64,000 nt of DNA. Origin: Myxococcota bacterium. Lineage in GTDB: Bacteria; Myxococcota; XYA12-FULL-58-9; JALHOP01. The notes below the pieces were generated by a model, which made no database searches, had not been told where the DNA came from, and saw nothing but the letters and a program-made list of their open reading frames with translations. Made by a program: the position numbers and the translations under genes. This document shows positions 19,542 through 29,114 of this stretch, one piece after another (within the stretch, counting starts at the first letter, position 1; every line of letters begins with the position of its first letter). The stretch spans positions 5,706 to 69,705 of the forward strand of contig JBGGMJ010000136.1 of assembly GCA_041288095.1 (NCBI GenBank), written 5' to 3'.

Positions 19542-20723
19542 ATGAAAGAAGTCGTCATTCTCTCGGCCGCACGCACTCCCATTGGCTCGCTCTTGGGTAC
19601 GCTCTCTTCGCTACCCGCGCCCCGATTGGGCGCCGTCGCCATCAAAGCCGCCATCGAGCGCGCAGGCATCGACCCCGCCGCCCTCGACCAAGTCCTCATG
19701 GGTAACGTGCTGCAGGCCGGTGTGGGCCAAGCACCCGCGCGCCAGGCGATGCGCTACGCCGGCGTGCCCGACAAGGTCGGCGCCATCACGGTCAACAAGG
19801 TGTGCGGCTCGGGTATGCGCGCCATCATGGACGGCGTGAACAGCATCAAGGTCGGCGAGTACGACATGGTCGTCGCCGGCGGCATGGAGTCGATGTCCAA
19901 CGCTCCGCACATGGTCCCGGGCTCGCGCCGCGGCACCAAGATGGGCGATTGGAAGATGGTCGACGCGATGATCATCGACGGCCTCTGGGACCCGTACGGC
20001 AACAAGCACATGGGCAACTGCGGCGAGCTCTGCGCCGCGAAGTACAAGCTCACCCGCGAGATGCAGGACGCCTTCGCGCTCGAGTCGTTCAACCGCGCCA
20101 AGGCCGCGATCACGAGCGGCCACTTCAAGAACGAGATCGTCGCCGTCGAGATCGCCGACAAGAAAGGCTCGAAGCTCATCGATCAAGACGAGAACCCTAT
20201 GTCGGCGCCGCTCGAGAAGATGGCATCGCTCAAGCCGGCCTTCGATCCCAACGGCACCATCACCGCCGCCAACGCACCGCCGGTCAACGACGGCGCCGCG
20301 GCGTTGGTGATCGCTTCGGCGGACAAGGCGAAGGCGCTCGGCAAGAAGCCGCTGGCGAAGATCGTAGCCCAGGGCTCGTTCGCGCAGGAGCCGGACTGGT
20401 TCACCACCGCGCCTTCACAGGCCGCCAAGCTGGCGCTCAGCCGCGCCGGTCTCACCACCAAGGACATCGGCCGCTGGGAAGTGAACGAGGCCTTCGCTGT
20501 CGTCGCCATGGCCTTCATGCGCGACATGGAAGTCGATCACGCCAAGGTCAATGTCCACGGTGGCGCCGTGGCCCTCGGTCATCCCATTGGCGCCTCGGGC
20601 GCGCGCATCGTCACGACACTCGTGCACGAGCTCATCGCCAGCAAGCAGCGTTACGGCGTCGCGGCGATTTGCCTAGGCGGCGGCGAAGGCACCGCCTTGG
20701 TCATTGAGAACTTAGCGCTCTGA
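19542..20723 (+). CDS. Acetyl-CoA C-acyltransferase (thiolase)
   Basis: NKVCGSG, GGMESMS, NEAF, GHPIGASG, CLGGGEG. Confidence 0.96.
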   Translation: MKEVVILSAARTPIGSLLGTLSSLPAPRLGAVAIKAAIERAGIDPAALDQVLMGNVLQAGVGQAPARQAMRYAGVPDKVGAITVNKVCGSGMRAIMDGVNSIKVGEYDMVVAGGMESMSNAPHMVPGSRRGTKMGDWKMVDAMIIDGLWDPYGNKHMGNCGELCAAKYKLTREMQDAFALESFNRAKAAITSGHFKNEIVAVEIADKKGSKLIDQDENPMSAPLEKMASLKPAFDPNGTITAANAPPVNDGAAALVIASADKAKALGKKPLAKIVAQGSFAQEPDWFTTAPSQAAKLALSRAGLTTKDIGRWEVNEAFAVVAMAFMRDMEVDHAKVNVHGGAVALGHPIGASGARIVTTLVHELIASKQRYGVAAICLGGGEGTALVIENLAL

Positions 20724-21003
20724 TGCCGTGGCGGCGACGTTCCTGCGCCGCGGCCCAGTCTTCTTCGAAGCGCTCTTCGAGCGCCGCGCCATACACGCGG
20801 CGCATGATGGTCTGAACGAGCTCGAGCGGCATGCCGCGCTTGTCGCCATGGCCAATCAGGCCGCGCAGCGCGTCCCGACGCTGGCCGTCGCGCAGCCGCG
20901 CCTCCAAATCGGTCTCCCCGTCCTCGGGGCCCGAGCGGAAGAACTCGATGTCGCTGGTCGCACGGTCGATGAATCCAGGGGGAAGGGCGGCAAAAGCACT
21001 CAC
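20701..21003 (-). CDS. Small hypothetical protein (~100 aa)
   Basis: GTG at 21003 preceded by AAGGAGG RBS and a sigma54 box; 3' end overlaps thiolase stop. Confidence 0.65.
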   Translation of the reverse strand: MSAFAALPPGFIDRATSDIEFFRSGPEDGETDLEARLRDGQRRDALRGLIGHGDKRGMPLELVQTIMRRVYGAALEERFEEDWAAAQERRRHGIRALSSQ

Positions 21004-21053
21004 GGTTGCCTCCTTTGGGGTGGCCGAGATGTGGATGTGTTGCACGGCGTGAG

Positions 21054-21069
21054 TGCAGCACACGTGCCA
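21054..21069 (-). promoter_or_regulatory. Putative sigma54 (-24/-12) promoter
   Basis: TGGCACGTGTGCTGCA versus consensus TGGCACG-N4-TTGCW, 50 nt upstream of GTG 21003. Confidence 0.65.
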
Positions 21070-21213
21070 CGCCAACCACGTACTCCGCACCCCTCTTATC
21101 GGGATAACGAAGGTTTCTCGGGGAGTGAGGCCCGCGATCTGAGGAGCGCTGGAGGGCCGCTTTTCACCCAGATCGACCGTTCCGCGGGCGTACGCCGCCC
21201 CGCCCCCTTCGAG

Positions 21214-21240
21214 GCAACTCGGTCGGGCTACCGCCGATAT
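21214..21240 (+). promoter_or_regulatory. Putative sigma28-like promoter (GCAA-N15-GCCGATAT)
   Basis: GCAA CTCGGTCGGGCTACC GCCGATAT, 17 nt upstream of ATG 21258. Confidence 0.55.
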
Positions 21241-21257
21241 GAACTAGACCCCGTACC

Positions 21258-22433
21258 ATGCGGACCTTACCCAACAAGAGCGCGGATCCCACCGTCGTTC
21301 GACGGAACCGTGTGCTTCGCTTCGGCCTCGACGGTTCTCGGGCCGCTAGCCTTGCGCCGGAACCGCGTCGCGCTCTCGCCCTACTACGGGCACTTGAGCT
21401 CGCCGGCAACGGGTCCGGCGCCAAGACCCTGCTCGGTTTCGGCGGCGCTACTCTGGAGTGCGAAGCGACCACCCCGACCATCAAGGCGTCCACCTGCGAG
21501 CGTATCGCCCGCGCCATGCGCGACAAGGGCTACCCGCTCACCGATCGCGGCGTGAAGCTGTTCAAGATGGAGCATGGCTTCTCGGGCTTGGTGCGGATTG
21601 GCCCGGACGTTGCCCAAGCGTACGTGCGCTGGGCCGGCGGCAAGAGCACCCGCGTCGAAGTCTCCGAGGTCGATGAGACGACGCGCGAGGAGCGCCGCGC
21701 CATCGAGATTCTCCGCATCATCGGACGCGAGCCCGATGAGCTCAAAGAGGTGTTCAAGGTTCTCGGGCTGCCGCGCTTTCGCCGCGGCGAGACCGTCGAT
21801 CTCGGCAAGACCCATGGCCAAGCCCTGCTCTCCTGGGCCTCGGGCATGTCCTGGTCGTTCGACGACGACGGCTGGAAGCGCATCGCCAAGGCGTCTGGCG
21901 AACGCGATAGCGGAGCCCGCGTCACCGCCACCATCGCGCACTTCGTTCGCGACACCCTGCTCGGCGCCGGTGAGCCCGAGCACGACTACCGCAAGCAGAC
22001 CTTCGGCGAGCACACCGTCAACGCCCGCACGCTCAAGATGCTGCAGCAGGTCCAGCGCACCCTGCATGGCCGCCTGAAGGTTCGTCTCATCCGTGGCTCG
22101 TACACCGGCGGCGACGACGACCGGGGCGCCCACCCGCATCAGGGCGGTGGCGCGGTCGACCTCTCGGTTCGTGGCATGGGCGCCGCGGACATCGACCAGC
22201 TCGTCCTGGCCCTGCGCGAGGCCGGGTTCGCGGCTTGGTACCGTGCCCGCGAGGACCGCCCGCACGTTCACGCCGTCGCCGTTGGCGACCGCGAGATGTC
22301 CGCTTCAGCGGCGTGGCAAGTACGCGCCTATTTCCGTGGGCGCGACGGCCGCAGCCATGCTGGACCCGACGCCCACAAGCACCTCTCGATTCGGCTCCCA
22401 AAATGGTTGGCGCGCTACCGCTTGGGCGCCTGA
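21258..22433 (+). CDS. Protein with C-terminal M15/LAS-type zinc peptidase-like domain (putative peptidoglycan hydrolase)
   Basis: HQGGGAVD (HX6D) and PHVH (HxH) zinc-ligand pattern; possible PG-binding-like helix GVKLFKMEHGF; no signal peptide. Confidence 0.7.
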   Translation: MRTLPNKSADPTVVRRNRVLRFGLDGSRAASLAPEPRRALALLRALELAGNGSGAKTLLGFGGATLECEATTPTIKASTCERIARAMRDKGYPLTDRGVKLFKMEHGFSGLVRIGPDVAQAYVRWAGGKSTRVEVSEVDETTREERRAIEILRIIGREPDELKEVFKVLGLPRFRRGETVDLGKTHGQALLSWASGMSWSFDDDGWKRIAKASGERDSGARVTATIAHFVRDTLLGAGEPEHDYRKQTFGEHTVNARTLKMLQQVQRTLHGRLKVRLIRGSYTGGDDDRGAHPHQGGGAVDLSVRGMGAADIDQLVLALREAGFAAWYRAREDRPHVHAVAVGDREMSASAAWQVRAYFRGRDGRSHAGPDAHKHLSIRLPKWLARYRLGA

Positions 22434-22454
22434 TCGCTTATTCTTTGGCTACCG

Positions 22455-22928
22455 ATGTACGCGACCGCGCTCGAGCCCTCCTTCCGCGTAGCCACCCCGG
22501 CGGACCATGCCGTCGTCGTTCGTCTGCTCGAGGAGCTGGTGGATGAGCTCGGGCCGCCCGACATGGCCGCGAAGGTCAAAAGTCGCCTCGACGAGGACAT
22601 CGACGCCGCCTTCGCGAGCAACCGCGTCCGCATCTTCCTGGCGGAGATGAACGGCCAAGTTGTCGGCCTCGGCCGGGCCGACGTGCTCACGACCGACCCG
22701 ATCTTCCGCCTTCGCGACGACCAGCGTTGCGGCTACGTCGACCAGATGTTCGTCCGCCCCGGCCACCGCGACCGTGGCATCGGCTCGCATCTCCTCAAGC
22801 TTTGCGAGGACTGGTTCCGCGAGCAAGGCATCGGCCACGCCTTGCTCCACGCGGCGCCGAAGGCAGTGCGCTTCTACGGACGCGAGGGCTATCAAGCCAA
22901 CCGCGAGATGTTCAAGCGGCTCACCTAG
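22455..22928 (+). CDS. GNAT-family acetyltransferase
   Basis: MFVRPGHRDRGIGSHLL acetyl-CoA motif A; AVRFYGREGY motif B. Confidence 0.9.
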   Translation: MYATALEPSFRVATPADHAVVVRLLEELVDELGPPDMAAKVKSRLDEDIDAAFASNRVRIFLAEMNGQVVGLGRADVLTTDPIFRLRDDQRCGYVDQMFVRPGHRDRGIGSHLLKLCEDWFREQGIGHALLHAAPKAVRFYGREGYQANREMFKRLT

Positions 22929-24643
22929 AAGAGCTTCTCGACCTCCGCGGTCGTGAGCCTGCGATGCACCGGGGGGCAATGGTCGGTGGCGCTGGCGCCG
23001 TCGCTCTCGTCGAGAGCGGCGAGCAAGCCGTCTATGGTCCCGGTCAGCGCCGGCGCATGGCGAGCGCAGCGCGCGAGTATCTCGTCCTGTGATGCGCCCA
23101 TGCTCGCGATGAGCTCCGCCACCAACGCCGTGACATCCGCCCCGACGAGCGGCGCCGGGAGGCCACGCACCGCGAAGCGCTCCGGACCCACGGGCTCGAT
23201 CTCGAAGCCATACGCCGCGAGGCTCTCCCAGTGCTCCTCGAGCTCGGTCGAGGCCGCGATCGTCTCGGGAAAGAGCAACGGCTGCGAGGCAATGGTTCCG
23301 TTCGCCGTCTCCCGCCGCAAGCGCTCGTAGGCGATGCGCTGATGCGCCGCGCGCTCGTCGATCAAGACCAGGTCGCCTTCGCCTTCACAAACGATGTAGC
23401 GGCCCAGAGCCTCACCAATCGGCGTCAGGCCGGCGAAATACCCTTGGCGATCGAGCGGCAGCTCCATCGGGACATAGTGCGAAGGTTCCCGCGGTCGGTC
23501 CGCGATCGACGAGACGGGTCGCTCCGGGGCCGTCGGATAGCGCCACGGCTCCGGCTCCTTTTCGAAGTACGCCTCGGTCGCGCGCCGGACCCCCGCGAGG
23601 TGCCCCTGCATCCAAGGCGTCCCAGAGAGCACTCCCGTCAGCGCGGCGCCGATGACCCGGAACACCACCTGTCCATCGCGAAACCGCACCTCGAGCTTCT
23701 GCGGGTGCACGTTCACGTCGACCGCGTCCGCCGCGACCTCGATATGCACCACGCACACCGGGTAGCGGCCGCGCTCCACCAACGAGCGGTAGCCATCGAG
23801 CACTGCCCGTTGCAGCATGCGGTCGCGTACGAACCGCCCATTGACGAAGAACCACAAGCCCTTGGTGTCGCCGCGGGCGGCCTCGGGGTCAGTCACGTAG
23901 CCGCTGATGTGGACGTCATCGCGTGTCAGCGAAAACGGATAAACCTTGTCGACCTTGGCCCCCAGCGCGGCGATCAAGCGCGCTTCGTCGGTTGCGTCCT
24001 CGGGCACATCGAGGAGCCGCCGCTCGCCGTTGGTCACGACGATGCCGCATTCGCTCGCTCCGAGCACGACGCGGAGCGCGGCTTCGACGACGTGGGCCTG
24101 CTCGGTGGCGGGCGAGCGCATGAACTTGCGCCGTGCCGGGGTGTTGAAGAACAGGTCATCCACCTCGATGCAGGTGCCGACCGGGGCTCCGACCTCGGTG
24201 ACGCTCTCGACCTCGCCCGCGACCGCCCTGATGCGCGTCGCCGTCACATCGAGCGCACGCCGCGTCGTCAATGTCAGGCGCGAGATCGAAGCGATCGACG
24301 ACAGGGCCTCGCCGCGAAACCCCAGCGTGCGAATCGCGAACAGATCATCGGGGTGCGCGAGCTTGCTGGTCGCGTGGCGCAAGAGCGAAGTCTTGGCGTC
24401 GCGCGGTGACATCCCGCGGCCATCGTCCTCGACGGCGATGCGTGACAACCCACCCTCGACGACGTCGACCTTGATGTGGCGGGCACCGGCGTCGATGGCG
24501 TTCTCGACCAGCTCTTTGACGACGGATGCGGGACGCTCGATGACCTCACCCGCCGCGATGCGGTCGATGAGGTCGCTCGGCAAGACGCGAATCCGCGCCT
24601 CGTCGGTCGTGTCCCGTGTCGTCGCGCTCAAGCCGTCGACCAT
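22925..24643 (-). CDS. mutL: DNA mismatch repair protein MutL
   Basis: IAAGEVIERPASVVKELVENAIDAGA, RHATSK, GFRGEALSSI, DVNVHPQKLEVRF; C-terminal domain degenerate; start approximate. Confidence 0.93.
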   Translation of the reverse strand: MVDGLSATTRDTTDEARIRVLPSDLIDRIAAGEVIERPASVVKELVENAIDAGARHIKVDVVEGGLSRIAVEDDGRGMSPRDAKTSLLRHATSKLAHPDDLFAIRTLGFRGEALSSIASISRLTLTTRRALDVTATRIRAVAGEVESVTEVGAPVGTCIEVDDLFFNTPARRKFMRSPATEQAHVVEAALRVVLGASECGIVVTNGERRLLDVPEDATDEARLIAALGAKVDKVYPFSLTRDDVHISGYVTDPEAARGDTKGLWFFVNGRFVRDRMLQRAVLDGYRSLVERGRYPVCVVHIEVAADAVDVNVHPQKLEVRFRDGQVVFRVIGAALTGVLSGTPWMQGHLAGVRRATEAYFEKEPEPWRYPTAPERPVSSIADRPREPSHYVPMELPLDRQGYFAGLTPIGEALGRYIVCEGEGDLVLIDERAAHQRIAYERLRRETANGTIASQPLLFPETIAASTELEEHWESLAAYGFEIEPVGPERFAVRGLPAPLVGADVTALVAELIASMGASQDEILARCARHAPALTGTIDGLLAALDESDGASATDHCPPVHRRLTTAEVEKLF

Positions 24644-24686
24644 GCCCGATGGGCGACCAGATGGGCAATCGCGCCGAGCGAGGTCT

Positions 24687-25577
24687 CTAGAGGCAGACGC
24701 GGTTGCGACCGCCTTGCTTGGCTTCATAGAGCTTCGCGTCCGCCTGCGCGATGAAGTCGGTGCCGGTGATGTCCTGCTCGCCGCGCCCCGCCGTGCGAAT
24801 GCCGAGGCTCACGGTCACCTTGATGCGCTTTTGCGCGAACATGAAGTGCTTCTCTTCGATCTTCGAGCGCAGCTTCTCGCAAACCTGCGCCGCGCCCTCG
24901 AGCTCGACCTCGGGCAAGATGAGCGAGAACTCTTCTCCGCCATAGCGGGCAAAGACGTCTTCGCGGCGAATGTTCTGCGACACGATGTTCGCAAGCTCAC
25001 GCAACACGTAGTCGCCGGCCAGGTGGCCGTGAGTGTCGTTGATCTGCTTGAAGTGATCGATGTCGAACATGACGAGCGACATGGCGCGGCCGTAGCGCTG
25101 AGAGCGGTTGAGCTCGCGCTCGAGCGTCTCCTGGAAGTAGCGCTTGTTGTAGGCCTGTGTGAGACCGTCGATGGTCGTCAGGCGGTAGATCTCTTCGTGG
25201 AACTTGCTCTCGATGTTCGAGCCCGAGAGGTACTTGAAGATGGTCTGGCCGAGGCGGATGACGTCGCCGTCGCGCAGCTCGCGCTCCTCGGCCGCCTCGT
25301 CGTTGACGAAAGTGCCGTTGGTCGAGCCCATATCGAAGAGCGTGAAGCGGCCGGCGCTGTTCACGATCTTGCAGTGCTGGCGCGAAATGCTGTCCTGGTC
25401 GACCTGGATGTTCGCTGACTCGGAGCGGCCGATGATCTGCTCGGGTCGGTCCAAGAAGTAACGGCGGCCGATGTTGGCGCCGTAGAAGACCACCAAGCAA
25501 GCCTGCCCGCTTGGACGTACGCGCTCGCCAAGGCCCTGCGTAACAACGGTTACGACGGTTTCGCGTTCACGAGCCAT
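24687..25577 (-). CDS. FHA-domain diguanylate cyclase
   Basis: FHA (IGRS..ISRQH..GSTNGT) plus GGDEF domain (DIDHFKQINDTHGHLAGD, RREDVFARYGGEEF with RxxD I-site). Confidence 0.93.
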   Translation of the reverse strand: MARERETVVTVVTQGLGERVRPSGQACLVVFYGANIGRRYFLDRPEQIIGRSESANIQVDQDSISRQHCKIVNSAGRFTLFDMGSTNGTFVNDEAAEERELRDGDVIRLGQTIFKYLSGSNIESKFHEEIYRLTTIDGLTQAYNKRYFQETLERELNRSQRYGRAMSLVMFDIDHFKQINDTHGHLAGDYVLRELANIVSQNIRREDVFARYGGEEFSLILPEVELEGAAQVCEKLRSKIEEKHFMFAQKRIKVTVSLGIRTAGRGEQDITGTDFIAQADAKLYEAKQGGRNRVCL

Positions 25578-25586
25578 ATGCTGCGA

Positions 25587-26948
25587 TCAGGATACCCGAT
25601 TTTTGACTGCTTCACGTGTCAGAACGCGATCGGCATCGCGCTCGTAACCCGGCCGGCCAAGCAGCCCGGCGGCCATACGCTTCCCTGCCTCGATGCCCGG
25701 CTCGTCGAATGGATTGATGCCCATGGTGTACCCGGTGCAGGCGCAAGCCGCCTCGAGAAGGACGAACAAGCCCCCGATGTGGGTGGCGTCGACCTGGTCG
25801 AGCCCGATGTCGAGCACTGGAACTCCTGCATCAAGCAACATCGCACGGGTGGCCCGCAATTCCGCCGCCAGCACCTCCGACAGGTCGCGCCCGCCGAGAA
25901 ACGCGGCTTCCTCGCGGTCCGACAGCTCGTCAGGGACCGGCAAGGCGCGCTGGAACTTCTTCACCTTGACGAGCATCACGGCCTTGTCCTTGGGCCCTTC
26001 GATGAAGAGCTGCAGCTGCGCGTGCTGATCGGTGACACCGAGCGCCGGCACCGGGGTCTGTCCGGCGTTGACCACCTGGCCATGACGGTCGAGGCGCTTC
26101 CCCAGTGACTCCGCCCAGAGCTGAACGAACCAGCTGGTGACGACGCGCAGCGAGTCGGCGTAGGGCATCATCACCAGGGTGCGACGCGAGAGCTCACGCT
26201 CGACGAGCACCGCCCAAGCCGCCATCAAGGTCGCTGGGTTCTGTTGCAGGTCGTCGCTGGTGACGCGCTCGACCATGTCGGCGGCGCCTTGCAGGACCTC
26301 GCGGACGTCGACGCCACAGAACGCCGCCGGCAAGAGCCCGACGGGCGACAGAACGCTATAGCGGCCGCCAACGTTTTCTGGGATCTCGAAAGCGCGGATG
26401 CCCTCGCTATCGGCGACCTCGCGCAACAGGCCCGAGCTCTTGGCGGTGATGAAGGTCATGCGCGAGCGGGCTTCGCCAGCGCCGAGCGTCACCCGCAGCC
26501 AGCGACGCATGACGAGGAGCTGCGCCAAGGTCTCGACCGTACCACCACTCTTGCTGATGACGACGACCGCGCTGCGCGAGGGATCGAGGCGATCGAGCAA
26601 CATGCCGACCGAGTCAGGATCGATGTTGTCGAGGAAGTGAACGCGCCCAGGCCGCTCGGTGGTGTGGCGGAGCGCCGCCGTGAGGGCCTGGCCGCCCATG
26701 CTCGAGCCGCCGATGCCGAGGACGACCAGATCGTCGGCAATCGAGCGCAGCCTGTTCACCTCGTTGGTGACCGAGCGCAGGAGGTCGTTGCGGGCCGGCA
26801 GGTCGTAGAAGCCGACGTCCCCACCGCGCCGGCTCATGAGCTCCCGGTGCGCCGTCTTGAGCGACGGTGCCAACTTCGCGAGTGCGTCCCGCGACAGGCC
26901 TTGCTCGAGGACCGGCGCAAACAGCCCGTCGATGCCGACCGAGATCAT
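25587..26948 (-). CDS. pgi: Glucose-6-phosphate isomerase
   Basis: LGIGGSSMG, SKSGGTVET, VGGRYSVLS, QLWAESLGK, TDQHAQLQL, NPFDEPGIEAGK. Confidence 0.94.
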   Translation of the reverse strand: MISVGIDGLFAPVLEQGLSRDALAKLAPSLKTAHRELMSRRGGDVGFYDLPARNDLLRSVTNEVNRLRSIADDLVVLGIGGSSMGGQALTAALRHTTERPGRVHFLDNIDPDSVGMLLDRLDPSRSAVVVISKSGGTVETLAQLLVMRRWLRVTLGAGEARSRMTFITAKSSGLLREVADSEGIRAFEIPENVGGRYSVLSPVGLLPAAFCGVDVREVLQGAADMVERVTSDDLQQNPATLMAAWAVLVERELSRRTLVMMPYADSLRVVTSWFVQLWAESLGKRLDRHGQVVNAGQTPVPALGVTDQHAQLQLFIEGPKDKAVMLVKVKKFQRALPVPDELSDREEAAFLGGRDLSEVLAAELRATRAMLLDAGVPVLDIGLDQVDATHIGGLFVLLEAACACTGYTMGINPFDEPGIEAGKRMAAGLLGRPGYERDADRVLTREAVKNRVS

Positions 26949-26982
26949 GCTGCCAAGGGCTTATGAGAGCCTTAAGGGAGGG

Positions 26983-27843
26983 TCAAGGCGGGAGGAGACT
27001 CAGGGGGTTTTCGGCGGCCACCCCGCGACGCACCTCGAAGTGCAAATGAGGCCCCGTAGCGTGTCCTGTGGACCCTAGGGTCGCGATCGCCTGGCCTTGC
27101 TTCACCCGCTGGCCTTTGTTCACCAGATTCTTGGCGTTGTGCGCATAGACGGTCACCAGGCTCCCGGCGTGGCGCACCAACACGAGGTTGCCGTAGCTGC
27201 CGTGGGTGTCGGCGAAGATGACGTCACCAGCGGCAGCGGCCTTGATGGCGGTGCCGGGCGCCGCGCCGATGTCGACGCCGTCGTGACCCTTGCCGTTGCG
27301 CGAGCCGAAGCGGGAAGTGACCACGCCCTCGACCGGCCAGACGAGCTGGTACTTGCGCTTACCGACGGGGCCAGAGAGCGGCGAGCCGGAGACCGCGCTC
27401 TTGCCGACGGGGATGGGCGTCGCGGGCGTCACGAGGGTGGACGTCTTGCTCGGCGCTTCGGCCTCTGGAGACGTGGCGTTACGAGCTTTGAGCGCCGCGA
27501 GAGCCGCTTGGGTCTTCGCCGACGGACCCGCGCTCTCGGGGGCCATGCCACCGCCAACCACGAGCGTTTGCCCTACCCTGACGCTGTTACCGTCGAGGTT
27601 GTTCTTGGCGCGCAGGTCGGTGACCGACATGGCGAAGCGCTGCGAGATCCGCCAAAGCGTATCGCCCGGCTGCACCACGTATTGGCTGGCCTGGGCGGCG
27701 ACCGCGGCGCCGGCCGAACGCGTGGCGACGTCGACGTGAGCCCCGATTCCCGGCGTCGTGCCGACGAGCGGCGCGGCGTAGGCGCTCGCGCACCAGGTCG
27801 AGAACAGGAAAATGCCGAGCAGCGCTTGTGACCAACGAACCAC
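26983..27843 (-). CDS. LysM plus M23 peptidase protein (NlpD-like)
   Basis: Signal-like N-terminus from GTG 27843, LysM (YVVQPGDTLWRIS), M23 (HDGVD, YAH, HLHFE); downstream of surE. Confidence 0.88.
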   Translation of the reverse strand: MVRWSQALLGIFLFSTWCASAYAAPLVGTTPGIGAHVDVATRSAGAAVAAQASQYVVQPGDTLWRISQRFAMSVTDLRAKNNLDGNSVRVGQTLVVGGGMAPESAGPSAKTQAALAALKARNATSPEAEAPSKTSTLVTPATPIPVGKSAVSGSPLSGPVGKRKYQLVWPVEGVVTSRFGSRNGKGHDGVDIGAAPGTAIKAAAAGDVIFADTHGSYGNLVLVRHAGSLVTVYAHNAKNLVNKGQRVKQGQAIATLGSTGHATGPHLHFEVRRGVAAENPLSLLPP

Positions 27844-27896
27844 AGCGCACCCTAACGTGGGGCCATGTGGTCGCGCCAACTTTTTGCCGGGGAACT

Positions 27897-28724
27897 TCAG
27901 GGCTTTTTCATCACCGGATGCGGCAGCGGCGAGTTTCCCAGCCGATCGGGCGCGCGCGGGAAGCCGTCGATCTCGATGGTCCGGGTGACCTCGAGCGAGC
28001 GGTAGTCCGTGAGATCGTAGTGGATGGGCGTGATCGCCACGAGACCGTCCGCGATAGCGTTCACGTCGCTGTCGGGGATGTCGTCGTGACCTTGGCGCGT
28101 ACCGCCAATCCAGTAGTACGGCCGGCCGCGCGGGTCGACGCGCTCGGCGACCTTGTCGGCCCAATTGTTGAAGCCGAGACGGCAGACCTTGGTGCCTTTG
28201 ATCTGATCGAGCGGACGGTTCGGCACGTTGACGTTCAAGAGCACGCCGCGCGGCAAGGTCACGTGCTCGAGCGAGGCGACGAGCCGCGCCACGATCTCGG
28301 CGGCGGTCTCGAAGTGCGGCTCCTGCGCCTCGGCGGCGTTTTCACCGAGGCACAGCGACACCGCGATGGCCTTGAAGCCAAACATCGCGGCTTCCATCGC
28401 CGCGGACACGGTCCCCGAATAGATGACGTCGTTCCCGAGGTTCGGTCCGTGGTTGATGCCGCTCACCACGATGTCCGGCCCCTGCTTCAGGATGTGATGC
28501 AGACCCACATAGACGGAGTCTGTGGGTGTCCCACTTACCGAGAACTCGCGCTCCCCAACCTTGCGAACCCGCAACGGCACGTGCAGCGAAATCGAGTGCG
28601 ACGTAGCGCTCTGCTCGCGGTCAGGAGCGGTCACCCAGACCTCACCAAGGTCCGCCAGCCGTCCCGCGAGGGTCCGGAGCCCCCGAGCATGAATCCCATC
28701 GTCGTTCGCGAGAAGCAGCCTCAT
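27897..28724 (-). CDS. surE: 5'/3'-nucleotidase SurE
   Basis: MRLLLANDDG, GTPTDSV, SGINHGPNLG, YSGTVSAAMEA, DPRGRPYYW. Confidence 0.96.
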   Translation of the reverse strand: MRLLLANDDGIHARGLRTLAGRLADLGEVWVTAPDREQSATSHSISLHVPLRVRKVGEREFSVSGTPTDSVYVGLHHILKQGPDIVVSGINHGPNLGNDVIYSGTVSAAMEAAMFGFKAIAVSLCLGENAAEAQEPHFETAAEIVARLVASLEHVTLPRGVLLNVNVPNRPLDQIKGTKVCRLGFNNWADKVAERVDPRGRPYYWIGGTRQGHDDIPDSDVNAIADGLVAITPIHYDLTDYRSLEVTRTIEIDGFPRAPDRLGNSPLPHPVMKKP

Positions 28725-28876
28725 TGCGCCGACGCCTCTAGCAACCCCACACCCACCCAGCAAGTGCGGGGCGGGGCGACAACGCTGCGCAGCTTAGACG
28801 GGAACGATCGTGCTCCCCCCGTCCCGCGCTCTGCCTCCGAAGATGTCTCGGCGAACAAGCGGTGCGGAAATTCTGA

Positions 28877-28951
28877 TCGGGGCGAGAGGATTTGAACCTC
28901 CGACCCCTTGACCCCCAGTCAAGTGCGCTAACCAGGCTGCGCTACGCCCCG
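28877..28951 (-). tRNA. tRNA-Pro: tRNA-Pro (GGG)
   Basis: CGGGGCGTAGCGCAGCCTGGTTAGCGCACTTGACT-GGG-GGTCAAG...GTTCAAAT...CGCCCCGA; CCA not encoded. Confidence 0.97.
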
Positions 28952-29114
28952 ATCAATGTGGGTGGGCGTGTAACGCAGTCGACCCCGCGAGCGCAAGCCT
29001 TCGATTTCCGCTCGCTAAAATCGATAGTTGCGCCGTACTTACGTTTGACGGGTATGTAGGCCTGCGAGTATTTTTTGGAGTGTGGCCGGTGTCGGGGGGC
29101 ATTTGGTCGATGCG

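Noticed and set aside
23946-25418. 490-aa plus-strand ORF
   Set aside because: Antisense to mutL and the diguanylate cyclase, no motifs
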